Shown: piece after piece, positions 56,201-64,000 of the stretch | Position numbering within the stretch: the stretch's first letter is position 1 | How the letters are laid out: the number at the start of each line of letters is the position of its first letter | Assembly: GCA_043228905.1 (NCBI GenBank) | Contig: JBHGNT010000013.1 | Coordinates: forward strand, 16,182,001 to 16,246,000 | Direction of reading: 5' to 3' | Length of the DNA: 64,000 nucleotides | From: Azolla caroliniana | Taxonomy: Eukaryota; Plantae; Polypodiophyta | Position numbers and translations under genes: made by a program | The notes under the pieces: model-generated | The model's input: the letters and a program-made list of their open reading frames with translations, nothing else | What the model was told of the DNA's origin: nothing | Database searches by the model: none

Positions 56201-56994
56201 ATCACCTTCCCTTACCCCGTAACGTTGGTATTTATCCTGTTTTTCACGTTAGTCATCTAAAACCATTTTTAGGCTTTGGTGATAACACCATCACAATCCA
56301 AGATCTTGTAACATTAGAGGATTTTTCTTACAAACCTCATGTTCCTGAACGAATTCTTGATTCTCGTACTAAACGTTTACGTTCTAAAGAGATTCGGCTA
56401 TTCAAGATCAAATGGATGGATAAACCTATTGATGATGCCACATGGGAACGCGAGCATACTCTTAAGACACAATTTCCTCACTTTATATTGCAAGAGTGCA
56501 ATCTTTTGAAGTAGGGGAGTATGTTATGTACACATAACGATGGTGAGGGTAGGTCACCAATATTTACATTAATGAAGGGTATTTTCACTAATGTTAAAAA
56601 GGGGACTAATTATTGGATAGAAGGAATGATAATTGCATGCACTATCATGATTTGGACAACCAATGAATGGAGAGCCTTTTAGAAAGGTACATCTATTCAA
56701 GGGGCCTAGGAAAAGGTATAAATATGAGGCTTAGTTACCCTCATAATGACATTACGTCGGAAGGCTACTGTCTTAGACACCAATGGTGTGGGCTAGGCTT
56801 TCGTCTTGACGATCATGTTTATCTCTTCCAAGGTATTAGTTATCCTAATATCCGGCGGTATGCGACGTCGGTGGTAGGTTGGCTATGTCTAGATCATAGC
56901 TCGGGGGTGGTCGGGTGGAACGGGTTCTTCTATCCATTCTATTTTCCTTCTTTTACGTTAGTTTGGTCTATTGATTAGTAATAGACTCTTAACA
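50241..56994 (+). mobile_element. Ty3/gypsy chromovirus (gag-PR-RT-RH-INT-chromodomain), degenerate; 5' LTR disrupted
   Basis: Partial 5' LTR 50241-50478; PBS TGGTATCAGAGC (tRNA-iMet) 50480-50491; gag from ~52167; protease LFDSG; RT VFLDDILIYS; RNase H ETDANDYAIGAVL; integrase WESISMDF; chromodomain ERILDSR...IKW...DATWE; PPT GAAGTAGGGGAGTA; 3' LTR 56522-56994 (TGTTA...TAACA). Confidence 0.93.
50715..51170 (+). repeat. Tandem repeats in the chromovirus 5' untranslated region
   Basis: Two ~120-bp units (TGCATCGGG.CGAG.ATGTTTGC.CTAATCGCAC) followed by three ~82-bp units (TATTGAGCCATCA.TTGGC.GATTCTA.GG). Confidence 0.75.
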
Positions 56995-59420
56995 CCACCA
57001 ATAATTTCGTGTTACTAGCTTGAGGTTATTTGGGACATCCAAGTGTTCAACTTTCACACTACCATGAATTTTGAAAAGTTTTTGATCCAACAAAGGTCTT
57101 TAGGGACGTAGATTAGATTGCTCCAAGGTAGAAGCAATGGTCCATATCTTACTACCATGCCATTTTTTACAAGATTTTGATCTAACAAGGGTCTTTAGGA
57201 ACGTACATTAGATTTCTCTAGAGGAGTCGTTCATTGAATGTGAATTGGTCCATATCATTGCATGACATTTCATTAGTTGGAATCATTACACTTTCTTGAA
57301 TTTCCTTGGCCAACAAATAAGATATTGTTGTGACATTATTTTGGACATGGGACTCATCCTTTGAAGAGCCTATATGTAAACAAGTTAACTTGATCAACCT
57401 TGTGAAGGCATTAAGTTTGTTGGTTGTAGGCCTATCTGCTTTCCAATGTTGGGAATCCAATTTGTATGTGATTTCAAAATCATAGTAAATGAGGAAGTCA
57501 ACAGAACAAACTTGACAATGCTCCAATGTGTGTGTGGCGGTGAAATTGAGAAGGTGTTTTGGGATTGATGATCACTTCAACATGTTCATAAATCCAACCA
57601 AATAAAGACACCATTCGTCAAAGGTATATACAAAGTTGTGAATTCTTAGGAATAAAATGCAAATGAGTGTAGGGGACCATGGTTGTTTTGATAGGAAAAC
57701 ATTGATAACAAATGTACAAAATTTACATAAAAGCTTGATGAGATTTGTAGATATGGTTTTTTTACAAGAACATCATTTGAGTCCCACAAAGATAGATTCT
57801 TATGGGTCCTTGTTTAGTGGTTCATGGGCCCATTTTGGAGTCCTGCAATTGGCGAATCCCACAATAAAGCTGGTCTTTGTATAACATTAGCCTAGAAATG
57901 GTCTTCTCATGTGATTGACTATAAGTTTTTAGTGGAAGGAAGAGTGCAAGTTATTGTTTTAGAAATCCAAAATCTACAATTGGGTTTTATAAATGTATAT
58001 GCTCACGATGCAACAACAGATAGGAGGAGGTTGTGGTCTTATATGTGTGATAATTTACCCCAGGTGGATCATTGGTGTATGGTCGGAGATTTTAATATGA
58101 TTGAGGATAAGTTGGATAGAAGTGGGAGTAGCCAAGTTGTTTTATATGGTTCAAAATTGAGCTTTTGGGAGAGGTTGTGCTTTAAGTATGGTTTTCAGGA
58201 TACTTGGCGCTCTCCCTCTTTTAGCAAACATGTTGAATCTTTGCAATTCTCTAGATCAGATAGACGGTTATTAGGTACTAATCTAACTCGATTAGATAGA
58301 TTCTATGATGACGACTTCTTTATAGCATTAGGAGGATCCTTACAGATATTAGGTGGGACAATTTTCTCATATCACTCACCTCTTATTGTTACTCTGAAAA
58401 AAGTGGAAAAAGGGAGGTCCTTTAGGACCCTATACCCTCTTCCTTGTATGCGGATGTTGCCCTTAGAGGAGATGTTTTAGCAATTTGGAAGGATACAAGT
58501 GTTTCGCAATTGATGGTGTGTGATAGAGTTGCGGATGCAATTGTCAATGTTAGTAATTGGTTTTTTACTAAAGCAAAGGAGGAACAATGTAAACTCAAAA
58601 CTAAGATCTTGAGTATGAAACGAGCGGTTGCTTCTTTGCAACATTTTTCAGTAACGTATGCCATGGGCTACGTGGGTGATATTGGAATTGAATAATGCAA
58701 AGGATAAGCTCTGTAAATTACAAGATACTTGGGCTCAATGCACTTATAATGCATTTGCTACAAAATGGGCACAAGTGGGGGATAAAGTGTCCGCTGAATT
58801 TTTCAAAATTGTAACTCCAAAAAAAACTTGTAATGGGATGAAACAACTATAGAGGGATGATGAATCCATTACAGAGGATGCCGGAGAAATGAGGGATATT
58901 GCTACGAAATTATATAGTAATTTATTGTTCGTTGAATGTTTTACACTCGATCAATTGGAGAGACGGAGAGTTGTGTGGTAGTCCATGCATGCACGTGTTT
59001 CACTCCATATGTCAAATGTTTTCGTTAAACCGATTTTGATTTTTGAAGTAAGGGTTTTGCTTTGGATGCAATTGGCTCCCATGTATGTGCTGGTACCGAT
59101 GGGCTTTCAACATATTTTTTCTGGAATTATTGGGGGTTTATTGGGACTGACATTATTGCTGCATTTTAGGAGGTGTTTGACACTGGATTTATGCCAAGTA
59201 AGTGGACCGAAGGTATGATATATCTTATTCCTAAGTTGGAAGGGGTAGTGGTTGATAATAGGAAGTGACGACCCATAACTATATGGAATACTATTTGCAA
59301 AATATATGCTAAGGTATTGGCTATGAGATTGCAACCTTTTTTATCAGACTTCATTCATAACACCCAAATAGGGTTCTTACAAGATAGGAGTATATTGGAT
59401 AACATTTTTTATTTTGGGAA

Positions 59421-62268
59421 TGTCAGGAACAGTACTAAGACAGAGAAGGAATTAGTACTAAAAGAAGTATTAATACTAAGAGAGGTGAAGAACTCTCGAG
59501 AGAAGGAAAGAGTGAGTGAGAGGGAGGGAGAGAGAGAGCGAGAGAGAGCGAGAGAGTGATGATAAGAAAAGATATATATTATGTGAAGAAAATGTACAGT
59601 AGCTAGGAGGCTTAAGACTGGCGTTGAACCGATTTGGTTCGAAATAATGCCTTGTGCCTCCTTTTATAGTGTTCTAAGGAATACTCCTGAAGTTTCTAGA
59701 ATGTTCCAGAGAAATCTGGAATATACATCAATTTTCTATAATAAAACATAAATGAAAATAATATTCTACGTATTACAATGTATAGTCTAATGGTCAAGAG
59801 CTCGACCCATGTAGCATAAGGTCATGGGTTCGAGTCTTGCCATATCATGACACTATCCTCCCTTTAAAACGACGAGTGTAACGAGTCGTTTTGGATTGAG
59901 GACCCGGTTTGTCTGGATATTGACGATGGAAGTCTTCAAGAAGAGCACGAGCATTGGTGACATTCTCTATCAGTTCCCAAGTACGCTCGCTGGGACTATA
60001 TCCTAGCCAATCGACTAGATAGTAGAGCTTGTTGTGAACAAGCTTGGAATCAAGGATGGCGGCAACCTCGTACTCAGGTCCATCTTCAAGCTCGATCGGG
60101 GGTGGAGGCTATGTAATACGTCCTGGGATGGTGCTCTCTTGATAGGGTTCGAGGAGAGAACTATGAAACACCGGATGTATCCGAAGTTGTGGAGGTAGAT
60201 CAAGACGAAAATCGACATCATTAATCTTTCCTATAATACGGAAAGGACCTAATCGCCGATAATCCAATTTCTCGCATGGGCGAGTGGTCTTGATGTGTCG
60301 TCGGAGTAGCCATACCCGATCTCCAATGTTAAAACTAGATGGGAGTCGATGACGATCCGCATAAACCTTGTGTGTTTGTTGAGCTTGTTGGAGGTGAGTA
60401 GATACATCCGCTTGTATCTTGCGTAACCTCTCCAAACGATCTTCTGCGCAAGGATTTGTGGACACCTTTGGGGTTTCAAGTACACACCACTGGGGGTGAC
60501 ATCCCGTATAAGCATAAAATGGCGTAACTTTAGTGGATGCGTGGATAGAGTTGTTATAGGCAAATTCGGCGAAGTGGAGAATATCTGCCCAATCATCTTG
60601 ATGATAGCTGAGAAAGCACCGCAGATACTGCTCCAACGTTTGATTGGTTCGTTCGGCTTGGCCATCGGTTTGGGGGTGGTAGCCGGAGGAGAGGTTACAA
60701 GTGACCTTGAGCATGTTAAACAGGTGCTTCCAGAACTATTTGGTTTACCTGTCTTCTTGGCCTATGGGGGCAATTTATTGCAATATGTCCTGGTCCACCG
60801 CAGTAAAGACATAGTCGATTTGTACGACGTCGCTGCTTTTCTTCTTCGGATAATGGCCCTTGACAACGTGTAGTGTCAATCTCCATCGGAGTCGGAGTAT
60901 TCGCTGGAGGCGCATTATATGAATCCCTCGGAAAAGGTCTTGATACCACTGAGGCGTAGGTGGGCTCTGATCTTGCCCTCGGCATTTGTAGCTGTCATTC
61001 CGAACATCGCTCAAAGAGGCGGTTGTCACATCTCACCGCGCGATTGATTGCTTCTGTTAAGGACTTTGGCTCTTCGGGGAAGGTCAAGAGTAAATCCTTG
61101 ACGTCGTTGCGTAAACTATAACGGAATTGCTCCATCAACGCTTGATCATCCCAAGGGATATCGGCGGCGAGTAGGCGAAAATCTGCAGCGTATGCAGAGG
61201 CTGGACGGTCACCTTGGCGTAATCGCCGAATTTTGTTCATTGCGGTCCTGATGTTGTCAGTATCTCCAAAACATGCTTTAAACTCACCTAGAAACTCTTC
61301 AAAATTGTTGAGTAACGGAGATTCCTTTTCTAATAGTGGAGCGAACCATGCCAACGCTGAGCCACTTAACAAAGTGCCTACTAAACCCACTCGTGATGCA
61401 TCGGTGGGATATCGAGAAGGATGCATTTGAATAACTAATCGTACCTGGTTAAGGAACCCTCTAAACTGCGATCGCGTTCCATCGAACTTCGTGGGAAGGC
61501 CAATCTTGGGTTCTTTATGAATTCCTTGTGTTCCGGGGCCTTGTTGTTGCATCGCTACGATGGTGGCTTCGAGTTGTTGCACACGTAACGCAAGTTCCCC
61601 ATGCTGTTGTTGTGTTTGCTGCTTTTCTAAGGAGATTTGCTGAAGATCCCCCAGCAACCGTTGGTTTTCTTGTTCCAAAGCATGGAACTTCTCTTTCAAG
61701 CATTGAAATTCCGAGAAAACAGATTGATATTCTTCAGCGCTAACAGTGGCCATGGGATGAAAGAAAAGAGGAATAAGAGATTAGTAGGAAATGAGAGAGA
61801 CAGAAGGTAAGGCAAATCGGTTCAAACTGTCAGGAACAGTACTAAGACAGATCTGAAGGAATTAGTACTAAAAGAAGTATTAGTACTAAGAGAGGTGAAG
61901 AACTCTCGAGAGAAGGAAAGAGTGAGTGAGAGGGAGGGAGAGAGAGATCGAGAGAGAGAGAGAGTGAGTGAGTGATGATAAGAAAAGATATATATTATGT
62001 GAAGAAAATGTACAGTAGCTAGGAGGCTTAAGACTGGCGTTGAACCGATTTGGTTCGAAATAATGCCTTGTGCCTCCTTTTATAGTGTTCTAAGGAATAC
62101 TCCTGAAATTTCTAGAATGTTCCAGAGAAATCTGGAATATACATCAATTTTCTATAATAAAACATAAATGAAAATAATATTCTACGTATTACAATGTATA
62201 GTCTAATGGTCAAGAGCTCGACCCATGTAGCATAAGGTCATGGGTTCGAGTCTTGCCATATCATGACA
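59421..62268 (-). mobile_element. Young, internally deleted Tcn1/Tf1-like chromovirus LTR retrotransposon
   Basis: LTRs 61828-62268 (5') and 59421-59852 (3'), TG...CA and nearly identical; 5-bp TSD GGGAA (59416-59420, 62269-62273); gag (EPKIGLPTKFDG...) with CCHC knuckle [14 protein letters not shown]; integrase C-terminus YHPQTDGQAER and GPF; chromodomain YEVAAILDS...YLVDWLGY...TWE; PPT AAAGGGAGGATAG. No PR, RT or RNase H. Confidence 0.95.
62199..62253 (+). promoter_or_regulatory. tRNA-like Pol III A-box/B-box cassette in the LTR (second copy at 59783-59837)
   Basis: A box TAGTCTAATGG and B box GGTTCGAGTC are separated by 33 nt, which is tRNA-like spacing. The cassette is identical in both LTRs. 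Confidence 0.55.
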
Positions 62269-63959
62269 GGGAAGCGGTTGCAATTTCACAAGAAAGGAAA
62301 GAGGATTTAGCAATCTTGTTGTTGGATTTCGAAAAGGCTTATGACAAAGTAGATTGGTCTTTTTTGAGGGGTACCATGGAAAAGTTGGGTTTTCCGAATC
62401 AATGGTTAACGGTTGTCTCAGCTCTTTACAACTTAGCTACTAGTAGGGTATTACTACATGGAGAGTTAGGCCAAGCATTCACAATTTCGAGGTCAATGAG
62501 ACAGGGATGTCCGTTGGCTCCTTTTTTATATTTGATGATTGGAGAAGCTTTTAGTAGTTTTCTTACAAGTAATATTGTGAATATAAAAGGACTACAATGG
62601 CCATGGTTAGAGAAACAAGTTGTGGATTGTCAATTTGTTGTTGATACAACCTTGTATTTGCAAGGTTCTAGCATAATCTTTCTAGAGTACAACAAGCTAT
62701 TGATACATTTTGCTATGCTTCTGGAACTGTTATTAATTGGCATAAATTGGTGGGGTTTTGGTAGGTAACACAGTAAACCCTTTGTGGTGTCCAGAAGATG
62801 GGTTTCAATGGATTCTGCATGGTAAACCTATAAGATATTTGGTATGTCAATTAGGTATTAATCTTTCGCCGGAAGATCATGTAGCTCCTATGTTGCTTGC
62901 TACAAGGAAGAAATTGTTATATTGGAATACTACTAAATTGACATTGGCAGGAAGGGTTGTTGTTGCCAATCAAGTATTGTTGGCTTCCATGTGGTACATT
63001 TTATCGGTTTGGTTGTGCTCACGTTCAGCTTTATTGCAAGTACAAAGGCTTATTAGGAATTTCCTTTGGGAATCTAAAGGTTGTTCTTATGTGAGAGCCA
63101 AGGTATCTTGGAAAGTTATTACAACTCCAAAGGACGAGGGTGGTCTTAGATTTATTGAGCCTCTTTTACAATGTAAGGCTTTGTTGGGAAATTTTATTAT
63201 AAGACGTTTGTTGCCTGGTGGGGAGCCTTGGAAAAAAAACCTTAAGGCAGAGAATGGTTAAAGTTATGCCTTCTACCAGTGGCAATTGGAAAGATAGTAT
63301 TAGATGGTGGTTTTTAGATATTTTAACCATTCCATTGATATTTTTCACCAAGATAAGTTTTTTAGGGGTATCATGAAGGCATGGTGGGATTTGAAACATA
63401 ACTTTGTATTCAGAAATGGATAGGGTCTTTACAATGTCTTCATTTCAGCCTTCTCGAACTAGTCTATTTTGGTGTGGTATGTTTTCATCCCTATATGTCT
63501 TATTGGGGGTTAGGGGTTATAAAAACTCTCATGAATGCCTTTACTTCAATGTTTTGCCTTCTGGACGACTTCATTCTCTCTTTGTGGAAGACGAAATTGT
63601 AACTTGAGGGAATATGTTGCCTATTCGTATATTGTGGAAGATTGATAAAAAATGGATATTGAACCCACATCCAAATGATGTAAACAATCTCTCTGATTTA
63701 TGGGTCTATGAGAATAAGCCCATTGATCGCCTTTTGTGGGATCCTGGTGAGTGGAAATGGAAAATCAGATCAGCGCAAGGAATGTTAGGTAAGCAAATCC
63801 CATTATTTCAGTATTCGGTAAAAATGGGTAGAGAAATGCTAAGGAGAGGTGTGATTGTTACACCAACAACTTGAAAATTTGGGAGATTTGGTAATGTAAC
63901 AGATTCTTGGTTGAATGCTTATTGGAAATGGTTATGGGCCATGCAAATTCCTAAAAAAG

Positions 63960-64000
63960 TTTTTTTTTTCCAAAAATGAAGCTACTTTCCCATTAACTAG
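63960..64000 (-). mobile_element. 3' end of a poly(A) retroposon (same family as 33959-34083), inserted in the L1 and running off the window
   Basis: T-run followed by AAAATGAAGCTACTTTCCCATTA, matching 33968-33991. Confidence 0.75.

Larger units (their letters stand above)
57640..63959 (+). mobile_element. Degenerate L1-type LINE ORF2 (endonuclease-RT), split by an LTR element at 59421-62268
   Basis: APE motifs FLQEHH, NVYA, GDFN, RLDRFY; RT RSILDNIFYF|WEAVA restored across the insertion; LDFEKAYDKVDW; RQGCPLAP; KLTLAGRVVVANQVLLASMW. Confidence 0.9.

Noticed and set aside
59775-59850. Functional tRNA gene
   Set aside because: A/B boxes are present but the acceptor, anticodon and T stems do not pair well, and it lies within an LTR. 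Reported as a tRNA-like cassette only.

Overview
Eukaryotic land-plant nuclear DNA with GT-AG introns and abundant microsatellites. A non-seed plant, probably a fern, is inferred from the transposon lineages present. Four intact protein-coding genes lie on the + strand: a CRF-type AP2/ERF transcription factor with a degenerate AP2 domain (6172-7626, 2 exons), RHIP1 (16285-24929, 9 exons), a plastid-targeted FAD-dependent oxidoreductase (26945-32703, 13 exons) and MIPS (39217-42956, 10 exons). The rest is TE-rich. It includes a 5'-truncated L1 with TSD, MULE and Copia remnants, a short poly(A) retroposon with a 15-bp TSD, and a nested TE cluster from 45.4 kb to the window end. The cluster holds an RTE LINE carrying a hAT-type MITE, a gag-only LTR element with a tRNA-Trp PBS inserted in the LTR of a Met-primed chromovirus, and an L1 carrying a young LTR element. 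The most notable object is that 2.85-kb element (59421-62268). It is a Tcn1/Tf1-like chromovirus derivative lacking PR/RT/RNase H, with a 13-nt self-priming PBS and a tRNA-like Pol III A/B-box cassette in both LTRs. Exon boundaries were read by eye, and family assignments rest on recalled motifs rather than database searches.
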